Assembly: GCA_963830915.1 (NCBI GenBank)
Contig: CAWHOE010000021.1
Location: forward strand, 1-36,720
Origin: a candidate division FCPU426 bacterium
GTDB taxonomy: Bacteria; Oederibacteriota; Muellerivitia; Muellerivitales; Muellerivitaceae
DNA length: 36,720 nt
Direction of reading: 5' to 3'
This document shows, in pieces, positions 22,695 through 31,505 of the stretch. Positions within the stretch are counted from its first letter, which is position 1. Every line of letters starts with the position of its first letter. The notes beneath the pieces are model-generated. The model did no database searches and had not been told where the DNA came from. It saw only the letters and a list, made by a program, of their open reading frames with translations. Both the position numbers and the translations under genes were made by a program.

Positions 22695-23402
22695 ATGGCC
22701 GTCGCTGTCGAACTCCAAACCCAGTGGGAAGCGTTCCTCAAGCTCCTCCAAGTCCGGGAACCACGCCTCTACGACCACATGAAGACGGCGCTCCCCAAGG
22801 AATTGACCAAGTACAACCTGGTCCTTTATGCCCATACCGCCGACGATCTCAAGGAGATCGAGGTCGGATTGAAGGTCTATCACGAGAAGATCGTCGAGGT
22901 CTCCCACATGGTGTTCGGGGAGAGCAAGGGATTCAAGACCGAGCTGGCCTCGGAAGAGGATTGGCAGGCGGCGAAGCCGAAAGAAGCGGAACCTGTCGCG
23001 GCGCAGGCCGCGGCGCCGGCGCCCGCCCCCCCTCCGGCGGAAGCGCCGGTCCAGTTGAGCCCGATCTCGATGGACCAGAACGAATTGTTGAAGGTCATCG
23101 AGGCTTCCATCCGCCAGAAGATCGAGGCGGAGATCCGGGAGACCCTCCAGGCGGAGGGTGTCAGCCAGGAAAGCCAGAACCAGGCCCTTCAGAAGCTAAA
23201 GGAAGATTTTGAGCAGGAAGAGGAGAACCGCAGGCTGGCCGTCCGCATGGCCTTGATCGCGGAGGGTGATAAAATCCTCACCCAGATGGTCATGGCCTGG
23301 CAGCAGGCCAAGCAGAACGGCGACGGCGGGCCCCAGTGGAACGAGGTCAAGCAGCGCCTGTTGGAGCTTCTGGACGCGACCGTACAGTTGACGCATTCCT
23401 AA
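22695..23402 (+). CDS. Hypothetical protein: alpha/beta N-domain, Ala/Pro linker, coiled-coil C-domain
   Basis: Codon usage like the core genes, GGGAG RBS, 235-aa ORF. Confidence 0.8.
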   Translation: MAVAVELQTQWEAFLKLLQVREPRLYDHMKTALPKELTKYNLVLYAHTADDLKEIEVGLKVYHEKIVEVSHMVFGESKGFKTELASEEDWQAAKPKEAEPVAAQAAAPAPAPPPAEAPVQLSPISMDQNELLKVIEASIRQKIEAEIRETLQAEGVSQESQNQALQKLKEDFEQEEENRRLAVRMALIAEGDKILTQMVMAWQQAKQNGDGGPQWNEVKQRLLELLDATVQLTHS

Positions 23403-23426
23403 ACCGAACCGAAAGATGGAGGAGCC

Positions 23427-24026
23427 ATGTTGAACCATTCCGTTGAATCAGCCCTGGGATACCTGATCCTGTCATTCTTGACATGGTCCATCACCTTCAC
23501 GGTGTTGGTTTTCGGGGTCATCCTCCGCCGAAAGATCCTGCTGTGGGACGACCGTTGGAAGGAAAAGCTCGAGGAAGAGGGCGTCTCGGTCAAGGATTAC
23601 GCCGAGGACCTGGAACTGACCTATGAGAAGGTGCGTTATACCTTCCGCCTCCTGGGTTTCTTCCTGTTGATGATCCTGGCCCTCATGGCCTACGTCGTTT
23701 ATCTGGGCACCCTGGACAAACCCATCCTGGGCTTCCCCCAGATGACCAGCAGTCTCTGGCTCCTGGCCCTGGTGGCCCTGTCCTTCGTCCTGCCGGCTTT
23801 CGTCAATTTCGCCGTGGGCGCTTACCTGACCGAGACCATGCTCCTGAAGGCCAACGCTTTCGTTTATCGGGACCTCCGGGAGGAGATCCAAGAAAAGAAA
23901 GCCAAGCTCCGGGTGATGGAGAAGGCCAAGCAGATCAAGGCCCAACGGGAAGCCCTTCGGGGCGGACCGGCAGCGGCCCCCGCGCCGGCGCCCGAGGCCC
24001 AGAACCCAGCCCCCGCTGGGAAATAA
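23427..24026 (+). CDS. Hypothetical membrane protein (about 3 TMs) with charged coiled-coil and APAPAP tail
   Basis: GGAGGAG RBS, core-like codon usage, hydrophobic segments. Confidence 0.8.
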   Translation: MLNHSVESALGYLILSFLTWSITFTVLVFGVILRRKILLWDDRWKEKLEEEGVSVKDYAEDLELTYEKVRYTFRLLGFFLLMILALMAYVVYLGTLDKPILGFPQMTSSLWLLALVALSFVLPAFVNFAVGAYLTETMLLKANAFVYRDLREEIQEKKAKLRVMEKAKQIKAQREALRGGPAAAPAPAPEAQNPAPAGK

Positions 24027-24098
24027 GCCCATCTTAAAGCCGAACTTCTTTTTCCCGGTTGTCCCCGGGCGGTTCCCATCAACCTCAAGGAAAATTCC

Positions 24099-24458
24099 AT
24101 GCGTTTGAAATGGCTACCCATCCTTCTATTGGCCTTGGCCCCCCTGGGCTGCGCCTCCATGGGCAAACTGGACCCTTCCCTGAACCTGGAAATTTCCCCC
24201 CTGCCGGTCATGAGGGGTAAACCCGCCCTGGCCCGCGTCGACGCGTCCCTGGACGCCGTCAAGGTGGTCGGAACGGTACAGGTCTTCGGCAGCCCCCAGC
24301 TCATTTTCCGCAAGGACGAGGACAAGGGCGTCTGGTATTTCTACGGCGTCATCCCCTTCTCGCCCTGGGTGAAGCCCGGCGTTTATACCGTGCGGGTGAC
24401 CGTGACACCGCCCAAGGGCGAACCCAGTTACACCGAGATGAAAGTCGACCTGAAATGA
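24099..24458 (+). CDS. Putative lipoprotein, beta-rich
   Basis: Signal peptide ending LAPLG-C; KPGVYTVRVTV Ig-like strand; ATGA overlap with the GT2 gene. Confidence 0.7.
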   Translation: MRLKWLPILLLALAPLGCASMGKLDPSLNLEISPLPVMRGKPALARVDASLDAVKVVGTVQVFGSPQLIFRKDEDKGVWYFYGVIPFSPWVKPGVYTVRVTVTPPKGEPSYTEMKVDLK

Positions 24459-25318
24459 TCCCCCTCGAGCCGGTCTCGGTCGTCATCCCCGCTTACAACG
24501 AGCAAGGCGGAGTGGGGGATGTGGTGCGAACGGTTAAAAAGGTCCTGACCCTGGCCAAGATCAAGCATGAGATCCTGGTGGTGGACGACGGCAGCAAGGA
24601 CGCGACCGCGGCCAAGGCGCGCCAGGCCGGGGCCCAGCTGGTGAGCATGGGCGAGAACCGGGGTTACGGGGCCTCGCTGAAAGCCGGCATCCGACAGGCG
24701 AAATACAACCTCATCGCCATCCTGGACGCCGACGGCACCTACCCGGCGGAAGAGCTTCCCACCTTGGTCAAGATGGCCCAGACCTGCGACATGGCGGTCG
24801 GGGCCAGGGTCAAACCCAACGCCGCCATCCCCACCCTGCGCCGATTCCCCAAGTGGGTGCTGGGCAAGTGGGCCAACTACCTGGCCGAGCGCAAGATCCC
24901 CGATCTCAACTCCGGTCTGCGGGTCTTCCGCCGGAACATCGCGGCCCGCTACGAGGGACTTTTCCCGAACGGTTTTTCCTTCACCACCACCATCACCCTG
25001 GCCCTGGAATGCCACGGTTATATCGTCCAGTACCAGCCCATCCATTACCGCGAAAGGGTGGGGGTCTCGAAAATCAGGCCCCTCCAGGACACGATCAACT
25101 TCTTTTCCCTCGTATTACGGGTGGTGATGTATTTCAAACCCTTGAAGATTTTCATACCCCTGAGCGGTATCATATTGTTAGCGGGGATCGTATCCGGCCT
25201 GATGACGGCCGCCCATGGTCTGCCCTTGAACCTGACCACCTTGTTCCTTCTGGTGGCCGGTGTCCAGGTCGCGGCCCTGGGACTTCTCGCCGATCTGTTG
25301 GTAAAAAGAGGGCGTTGA
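24455..25318 (+). CDS. Glycosyltransferase family 2, polyprenol-phosphate glycosyltransferase (DPM-like)
   Basis: VVIPAYNE, VVDDGSKD, NRGYGASLKAG, DADGTY, DLNSGLR, two C-terminal TMs. Confidence 0.92.
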   Translation: MIPLEPVSVVIPAYNEQGGVGDVVRTVKKVLTLAKIKHEILVVDDGSKDATAAKARQAGAQLVSMGENRGYGASLKAGIRQAKYNLIAILDADGTYPAEELPTLVKMAQTCDMAVGARVKPNAAIPTLRRFPKWVLGKWANYLAERKIPDLNSGLRVFRRNIAARYEGLFPNGFSFTTTITLALECHGYIVQYQPIHYRERVGVSKIRPLQDTINFFSLVLRVVMYFKPLKIFIPLSGIILLAGIVSGLMTAAHGLPLNLTTLFLLVAGVQVAALGLLADLLVKRGR

Positions 25319-25473
25319 AAAGGGCGTGAAGATCCCTGGTTCGCTCAGCGTTGTTCCGGTGAACCGAAGCCTTCGTCCCCTCCGCCAGCCGTATCCTTTT
25401 TCTATCTATGATTCCAACGTCCCGTGTTCTGGGCCGGCCCATTGTGACAGGTGAAAAGAGGGAGATAGCCGAC

Positions 25474-26892
25474 ATGCGAGTATTACTGGTCAATCCACCC
25501 AGCGAGAACATGATCACCACCAACATCCCGTCGGTGGTCGACGAGGAACGGGGCTATAACCCGCCCCTGGGGCTCCTTTACGTGGCGGGTTACGCCAAGA
25601 CCAACAGCCCGCACGAGATCCTGGTGCTGGACTGCCAGGTGGAGGAGGTCTCCCAGGCCCAGGTGGAGGAGCGCATCCGCCAAATCCAGCCCGACGTGGT
25701 GGGCATCCAGTGCCTGACCTTCACCATCATCGACGCGCGCATGGTGGCCCAGGCCGCCAAAAGGGCCAACCCCCGATGCAAGGTGGTGATGGGCGGGCCG
25801 CACGTGCATATCTACGCCCGCGAGACCTTGTCCATGCCGGAAGTGGATTTCGCCGTGAAGGGCGAGGGAGAACTGGCCTTCACCCAATTGCTCTCGGCCC
25901 TGGAAGGGCAGATGCCTTTCGACAAGGTCTATGGCCTGGCTTACCGGGACATTATCACGGGCCAGATCAAGGACAACCCGCCCGCCCCGCCGGTGGAGGA
26001 CCTGGACGGCCTGCCTTATCCGGCCAGGGAACTGACCCCCATCAACAAGTATTATTCCATCCTGGCCCGGCACAATCCCATCACCACCATGTTCACCAGC
26101 CGGGGATGTCCCTACCGGTGCCTGTTCTGCGACCGGCCCACCATGGGACGGCGCTTCCGGTCCCATTCGGCGGCGGCCGTGGTCAATGAGATGGAAGCCT
26201 GCGTGAAGCTGGGCATCCGGGAATTCTTCATCTATGACGACACCTTCAACGTGAACCGCAAGAGGGTCTTCGACATCTGCGGGGAGATCAAGAAAAGGAA
26301 GATGGAGATCGCCTTCGATATCCGCGCCCGCGCGGACCGCATGGACGAGGAGATGCTGAAAGAACTGGCCTCGGCCGGGTGCGACCGCATCCATTACGGG
26401 GTGGAGTCAGGCAACGCCGAGGTGTTGGAAACCCTCCTGAAGGACCTGGACCTGGACCAGGTGCGCAAGATCTTCAAGGCCACCCGCAAGCACGGCATGA
26501 AGACCCTGGCCTATTTCATGATCGGCAACCCGGGCGAGGACCGGGCCATGGCCCTGAACACCATCCAGTTCGCCAAGGAGCTGGACCCGGATTTCGTCCA
26601 CTTTTCCGTGCTCACGCCCTTCCCGGCGACCGCCATCTATTACAAGGCGCTGGAGGACGGCCGGTTCGACACCGACTACTGGGCGGAGTTCGCCAAGAAC
26701 CCCACGCCCGATTTCAAGCCCAGGCTCTGGGAAGAGCACATGAAACGGGATGAGCTCATCGACCTGCTGAAATACGCCTACAAATCCTTCTACCTGCGGC
26801 CGAAAATCATCTTGAAAAATATGTCCTACACCCATTCCCCCCTCGACCTTTTTAGAAAAGCCCGTGTGGGATTGAAGATGCTTCGGATATAA
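25474..26892 (+). CDS. Cobalamin-binding-domain radical SAM protein
   Basis: PPLGLLYVAG, MGGPHV, KGEGE, TSRGCPYRCLFC (CxxxCxxC), YDDTF, GVESG, FMIGNPGE; start placed at ATG 25474 after GGGAG. Confidence 0.93.
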   Translation: MRVLLVNPPSENMITTNIPSVVDEERGYNPPLGLLYVAGYAKTNSPHEILVLDCQVEEVSQAQVEERIRQIQPDVVGIQCLTFTIIDARMVAQAAKRANPRCKVVMGGPHVHIYARETLSMPEVDFAVKGEGELAFTQLLSALEGQMPFDKVYGLAYRDIITGQIKDNPPAPPVEDLDGLPYPARELTPINKYYSILARHNPITTMFTSRGCPYRCLFCDRPTMGRRFRSHSAAAVVNEMEACVKLGIREFFIYDDTFNVNRKRVFDICGEIKKRKMEIAFDIRARADRMDEEMLKELASAGCDRIHYGVESGNAEVLETLLKDLDLDQVRKIFKATRKHGMKTLAYFMIGNPGEDRAMALNTIQFAKELDPDFVHFSVLTPFPATAIYYKALEDGRFDTDYWAEFAKNPTPDFKPRLWEEHMKRDELIDLLKYAYKSFYLRPKIILKNMSYTHSPLDLFRKARVGLKMLRI

Positions 26893-26953
26893 TGACCCTC
26901 CTGTCGAGCTGACGTTAAAGCCGTCCCGAATTCCCTGAAGGAAAGTTCAGACG

Positions 26954-27946
26954 ATGAAAAAGTTCATCCCGATCCTGCTGGGCCTGGTCCTCTTCGCGTT
27001 GGTCCTGTTGAAGGTGGACCTCCATTCCACCTGGGAACTCTTGAAGCACGCCGACCCGCTATTGGCCTTCGCCGGCCTGTTGTCTTTCCTGGTGATGGTC
27101 TACATCAAGGGCATCCGCTGGAGCTATCTGCTGAAGATGCAGGGGAAGACCTATTCGGTCTGGAACTGTTTCCTCATCTATATGGGAAGCCTTTTCTGGG
27201 GAAACGCCACCCCGGGCCGGGTGGGGGACTTCATCAAGGTCTTCTACCTGAAGGAAGACCTGAAGATGCCCATGGGCGAGGCCATGACTAGCGTTCTGGT
27301 GGACCGGGTATTCGACCTCTATATCCTGCTGGTGCTGGGCGGGCTGGGCATCCTCATCTACCCCATGCCCATCGATCCCAACCTGATCCATCTGGTCTGG
27401 GTCTTCTTCGCGGTCCTGATCGGCATCACCATCCTGGCTTTCAACCAAAAGATCGGCGGGGTCATGCTGAAGGCGGTGTTCCAGCGGATGATGAAGCAGG
27501 AACACCAGGATAGCACTAACAAGGCTTTCGACGATTTCCACGGGGGCATGAAAGCCTTCTACAAACCAACCCTTCTTTTGCCCATCCTCATGACCGTCGC
27601 CTCCTATTGCGTCTTTTTCTGGGGCTGCGGCATGATCGCCAAATCCATCGGGTTGAACATCGATATCGAATACCTGGCCTTCACCATCTCGGTGGTGAAC
27701 ATCGTGTCCCTCCTGACCTTCCTGGGCATGGGCACAAGGGAAGGGGCGCTGATCATCCTTTTCAAGCTCATCTCGCTGACCCAGGAACAGGCGCTGGCAT
27801 TCTCGCTCATGCTCTTTTTCATCGGAACGCTCCTCTTCAGCGTCCTCGGTTATTTTTGCTTCCTCCTGAAACCGGTCAGCTGGAAAGGCCTCTTCACTCA
27901 AAGCAAACCGGCCAAATCGACAAGGAAAAAATCCAAGAAGCGTTAG
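26954..27946 (+). CDS. Lysylphosphatidylglycerol-synthase TM domain / UPF0104 flippase-like protein
   Basis: RWSYLL, NATPGRVGDFIKVFYL, SVLVDRVFD, GMGTREGA. Confidence 0.88.
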   Translation: MKKFIPILLGLVLFALVLLKVDLHSTWELLKHADPLLAFAGLLSFLVMVYIKGIRWSYLLKMQGKTYSVWNCFLIYMGSLFWGNATPGRVGDFIKVFYLKEDLKMPMGEAMTSVLVDRVFDLYILLVLGGLGILIYPMPIDPNLIHLVWVFFAVLIGITILAFNQKIGGVMLKAVFQRMMKQEHQDSTNKAFDDFHGGMKAFYKPTLLLPILMTVASYCVFFWGCGMIAKSIGLNIDIEYLAFTISVVNIVSLLTFLGMGTREGALIILFKLISLTQEQALAFSLMLFFIGTLLFSVLGYFCFLLKPVSWKGLFTQSKPAKSTRKKSKKR

Positions 27947-27968
27947 GTCTCCCGCCCAAGGGAACTCG

Positions 27969-27997
27969 TTGCCCGGTCCTAAAGCCGGTGGTATAGT
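27969..27997 (+). promoter_or_regulatory. sigma70-type promoter with extended -10 for TPR-parA-parB, probably near-leaderless
   Basis: TTGCCC (27969-27974), 17 nt, TGgTATAGT (-10 at 27992-27997); ATG at 28007 with no SD. Confidence 0.55.
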
Positions 27998-28006
27998 GAC
28001 GGCCCC

Positions 28007-28813
28007 ATGGATCACCCGACCTTGAAAAGGCCGATCTGGCCAACGCTCATCCTGGGGCTCCTGTTGGGAGCCCAAACCGGCTGTTCGCCCACTACGATCC
28101 CGCCGGAAGTAAAAGGGTCCTTCGAGGACGCCCAAAAACTTTACGACCAGGGCCATTCGGACCAGGCCAAAAGCCTGCTGGAAAGTTTGAGGGTCAAGAA
28201 TCCGGCCGACGTCAAGATCCACGCCCTCCTGGGTCGGATCTACAAGGAAGAAGGGGACACCGACCTGGCCATCGTGGAACTGGAGGGGGTCGTCAACCTG
28301 GACCCTGAGAACGTCAACGCTTACGCCACCCTGGCCCGGCTTTACCAGGATAAGGGTTTGTTCGACCAGGCCCTGGCCTCGGCGCTCCAGGCCAGGAAGC
28401 TGGACCCCACGGGGGCGAGCGTCTACAACATCCTGGGCTCGGTCTATTTCGACAAGGGGGATTACGACTCGGCCGTCACCAATTACGAGAAGGCCCTGAC
28501 CCTCAAGCAGGACTCGGCCTGGGTGAACAATAACCTGGGTCTGGTCTATATCCAGATGAAGAAATGGCCGGAAGCCCAGGCCCATCTGAAGGAAGCCATC
28601 AAGGACGATCCGGACAACGCGGTGGCCCACAACAACATGGGGGTGGTCCTGGGCGAGCAGGGGGAATATGACAAGGCGCTGAAAGAGTTCCAGACGGCGC
28701 ACGACCTGGACCCGGACTACGACAAGGCGACCCAGAACATCAAGGACACCGAGAAGATCATCGAACGCGTGAAGAAAAAAAAGGCGGCCCAGCTTAAGGG
28801 CCAGAATCACTAA
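28007..28813 (+). CDS. Tetratricopeptide-repeat lipoprotein
   Basis: Signal peptide ending AQTG-C; tandem 34-aa TPRs (HALLGRIY, YATLARLY, YNILGSVY, NNNLGLVY, HNNMGVVL). Confidence 0.9.
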   Translation: MDHPTLKRPIWPTLILGLLLGAQTGCSPTTIPPEVKGSFEDAQKLYDQGHSDQAKSLLESLRVKNPADVKIHALLGRIYKEEGDTDLAIVELEGVVNLDPENVNAYATLARLYQDKGLFDQALASALQARKLDPTGASVYNILGSVYFDKGDYDSAVTNYEKALTLKQDSAWVNNNLGLVYIQMKKWPEAQAHLKEAIKDDPDNAVAHNNMGVVLGEQGEYDKALKEFQTAHDLDPDYDKATQNIKDTEKIIERVKKKKAAQLKGQNH

Positions 28814-28825
28814 GGAATCGATCGA

Positions 28826-29587
28826 ATGGGCAAGATCATCTGTATCACCAACCAGAAGGGCGGGGTCGGCAAGACCACCACCTCGGTCAACCTGTCCGCC
28901 TGCCTGGCGGCCATCGAGAAACGCACCCTGATGGTGGATATGGACCCCCAGGGCAATTCCACCAGCGGCATGGGGCTCAACAAGAACGAGTGCGATCCCA
29001 ACATCTACCATGTGCTGATGGGGGAAGCGGACATCCTCCAGACCATCCACCCCACCGAGCTCAAGAAGCTCTTTTGCGTGCCCTCCAACGGCAACCTGAC
29101 GGGCGCGGAAGTGGAGCTGGTCTCCATGGAAGAACGGGAGACCCGCCTCAAGAAAGCCCTGGCCACGGTCCAGAAGGATTTCGACTATATCCTCATCGAT
29201 TGCCCCCCCTCCCTGGGTTTCCTGACGCTCAACGCTTTGACCGCGGCCGACTCGGTGTTGATCCCGGTGCAAAGCGAGTATTACGCCCTGGAAGGCCTGA
29301 GCTCCCTGATGGAGACCATCGAAAGGGTCCGGGAGGCCCTGAACCCCAACCTGGATATAGAGGGGGCGCTCTTGACCATGCATGATTCCCGCACCAGGCT
29401 GTCCAACCAGGTGGCCGATGAAGTGCGCAAATTTTTCGGGGAAAAAGTATACAATACGGTCATTCCCCGGAACGTCCAACTCTCCGAATCGCCCTCCTTC
29501 GGGAAGCCGATCATTCTTTATGACATCCGTTCCAGCGGTGCGCAGGCTTATCTCAATCTCACCAAGGAGATCGTCGCCAATGGTTAA
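28826..29587 (+). CDS. parA: Chromosome partitioning ATPase ParA/Soj
   Basis: NQKGGVGKTTT, DMDPQGN, IDCPPSLG, EYYALEGL, IPRNVQLSESPSFG. Confidence 0.97.
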   Translation: MGKIICITNQKGGVGKTTTSVNLSACLAAIEKRTLMVDMDPQGNSTSGMGLNKNECDPNIYHVLMGEADILQTIHPTELKKLFCVPSNGNLTGAEVELVSMEERETRLKKALATVQKDFDYILIDCPPSLGFLTLNALTAADSVLIPVQSEYYALEGLSSLMETIERVREALNPNLDIEGALLTMHDSRTRLSNQVADEVRKFFGEKVYNTVIPRNVQLSESPSFGKPIILYDIRSSGAQAYLNLTKEIVANG

Positions 29588-30440
29588 AAAAGCACTCGGC
29601 CGTGGATTGGAAGCCCTCATCCCGAAGAAAGCCCTGGAGGACCGCAAAGGCGCCTCCCAGGCCATCCCGCTGGGCAAGCTCAAGCCCAACCCCTACCAGC
29701 CCCGCAAGAACTTCAAGGCCGAGGAACTGCAGGACCTCATCCAGTCGGTGAAGGAAAAGGGCATCCTCCAGCCCATCCTGGTACGCAAGAAGGGCGAATT
29801 TTGGGAGATCATCGCCGGCGAGCGCCGGTACCGCGCCGCCCAGAAGCTGGGCATGCTGACCGTCCCCGCCATCGAGGTCCAGGCTTCCGAGGTCGAGGCC
29901 CTGGAACTGGCCCTCATCGAGAACCTCCAGCGCTCCGACCTGTCGCCCCTGGAAGAGGCGGAAGGCTACCATCGTTTGCAGGAAGAATTCCAGATGACGC
30001 AGGAACAGATCGCCCTCAAGGTGGGCAAGGACCGGGCCACGGTGGCCAACGCCCTTCGTCTTCTCAAGCTCGCTCCCGACGTCCAGGCCATGCTGGCCTC
30101 GGGCCGGTTGTCCGCGGGCCACGCCAGGGTTCTGGCCGGGCTTCCCACGCCGCAGGAACAAAGGCGGTGGGCGGAAAAATTCGTCCAACAGGGTCTTTCC
30201 GTGCGCGACGCCGAGCAATGGCTCCAGACCCAGAAGGGTCCCACGAAAAAAACCAAGGGCGCTGGAAACGCAAAGGACCCTAACGTGGCAAAATTAGAGG
30301 AGAACCTCCGGGGCTGGTTGGGTACTAAAGTATCCATACGCACCAAAGGGAAACAAAAGGGAACCGTTTGTTTCGAATATTACTCGCTGGACGACCTGGA
30401 CCGCATCTTGAATTTATTCCGCAAAGCGGGTTATCGTTGA
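29580..30440 (+). CDS. parB: Chromosome partitioning protein ParB/Spo0J
   Basis: ALGRGLEALI, NPYQPRK, GILQPILV, IIAGERRYRA, ENLQRSDL, HTH ATVANALRLL. Confidence 0.97.
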   Translation: MVKKALGRGLEALIPKKALEDRKGASQAIPLGKLKPNPYQPRKNFKAEELQDLIQSVKEKGILQPILVRKKGEFWEIIAGERRYRAAQKLGMLTVPAIEVQASEVEALELALIENLQRSDLSPLEEAEGYHRLQEEFQMTQEQIALKVGKDRATVANALRLLKLAPDVQAMLASGRLSAGHARVLAGLPTPQEQRRWAEKFVQQGLSVRDAEQWLQTQKGPTKKTKGAGNAKDPNVAKLEENLRGWLGTKVSIRTKGKQKGTVCFEYYSLDDLDRILNLFRKAGYR

Positions 30441-30525
30441 TTTTAAAAGTGAAAGAGATAAAATAAATTTCGGGTGATGTTTTTACCGGGAGGGAGAGTT
30501 CCCGGCATCAACAAGTTTAGGAGGG

Positions 30526-30816
30526 GTGCCAGTGCCTCAGACAGCGGCGGAAATATTAGCGAAGAAAGTGGAAAGTGAAGTGAAGCGGCTTGCGCCACAA
30601 GCCGTGATCCGGATGGACTATACGAGCTACAAGGACGACGGGGTCGACATTTACGTGTACGCGCCTCGGAAGGTCGCCGATATGTTGAGAGGACGGATCA
30701 AGGGAACCATGGATACAGAGTTAAAGCGTTCCAAAGGGGTTCGGGCCCGTTTGCTCATGGAAAACATGGAGAACATGACGGCGGAAGCGAAGCAGAAGTA
30801 CGGTATTCCGGCTTAA
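30526..30816 (+). CDS. Small hypothetical protein (GTG start at 30526 or 30532)
   Basis: AGGAGG RBS, 96-aa ORF, followed by a terminator. Confidence 0.7.
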   Translation: MPVPQTAAEILAKKVESEVKRLAPQAVIRMDYTSYKDDGVDIYVYAPRKVADMLRGRIKGTMDTELKRSKGVRARLLMENMENMTAEAKQKYGIPA

Positions 30817-30878
30817 TTTTTTAGAAAAACATTAAAAACGATTTTTGTCTTTCAGATCGCTGAAACGATTATTATTGT

Positions 30879-30915
30879 AAAGGTCCTGCCCCACATGAGG
30901 CAGGGCCTTTTTTTT
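30879..30915 (+). terminator. Rho-independent terminator
   Basis: AAAGGTCCTGCC-loop-GGCAGGGCC followed by T8. Confidence 0.85.
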
Positions 30916-30935
30916 AACCCGCTCCGGAGTTAGAT

Positions 30936-31481
30936 ATGCCGTTCGCCATCGAGCTATTGTTCGACCCCCAAGCTGAAAGGGCCGTGAGGCGTTTCGGGAA
31001 GTTCCTGGAAAAGAACCATATCCCCTCCACCCTCACGCCCGCCGGCGCCGGCCCCCATCTTTCCATCGCGGGCTTCAAGGCCAAGCGCAAGGCGCCCCTC
31101 CAGGCGTTGCTGAAAAAAACGTCCGGTCAGACCCTCCGCTTCGCCTTCAAATTCTCCGGTATCGGAGTATTCAAGGCTGAAGGGGTCCTTTTCCTCAAGC
31201 CTGTCATAACTCCCAGGCTCCTGAAGATCCACGCCCAACTGCATGAGGCCATCAAGGACCAGGTCGGCGGGGACAACGCTCATTACTTTCCCAAACGCTG
31301 GATCCCTCATTGCACCCTGGCCATGGGACTCACCCCTTCCCAGTTGAGGAAGGCGGTCAAGTTGTTGAAAGCCCTCAAGCCCCGGGTGAAAGGTGTCTAC
31401 CGCAAGCTGGCCTTGGTGGAGTTCTACCCGGTGAAAGAAGTTTTCTCGTTCTCCCTGAAAACCCCCAAGCCCCGGCCCTGA
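30936..31481 (+). CDS. 2H phosphoesterase (2'-5' RNA ligase-like family)
   Basis: Two Hx(S/T) motifs: PHLSI and WIPHCTL. Confidence 0.85.
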   Translation: MPFAIELLFDPQAERAVRRFGKFLEKNHIPSTLTPAGAGPHLSIAGFKAKRKAPLQALLKKTSGQTLRFAFKFSGIGVFKAEGVLFLKPVITPRLLKIHAQLHEAIKDQVGGDNAHYFPKRWIPHCTLAMGLTPSQLRKAVKLLKALKPRVKGVYRKLALVEFYPVKEVFSFSLKTPKPRP

Positions 31482-31505
31482 AACAGCCTACAAAAACAAT
31501 TTTTT

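Noticed and set aside
25319..25473. Cobalamin riboswitch upstream of the B12 radical SAM gene
   Set aside because: Only a short hairpin (GGTTCGC..GTGAACC); no B12-box or GGGAA/GCCACTG core is recognisable.
25474..26892. Radical SAM as the missing AmrS
   Set aside because: It has an N-terminal cobalamin-binding domain, a different architecture from AmrS, and lies 15 kb away.
27059..29689. 876-aa minus-strand ORF
   Set aside because: Antisense to the flippase-like, TPR and parA genes, which all have clear family motifs.
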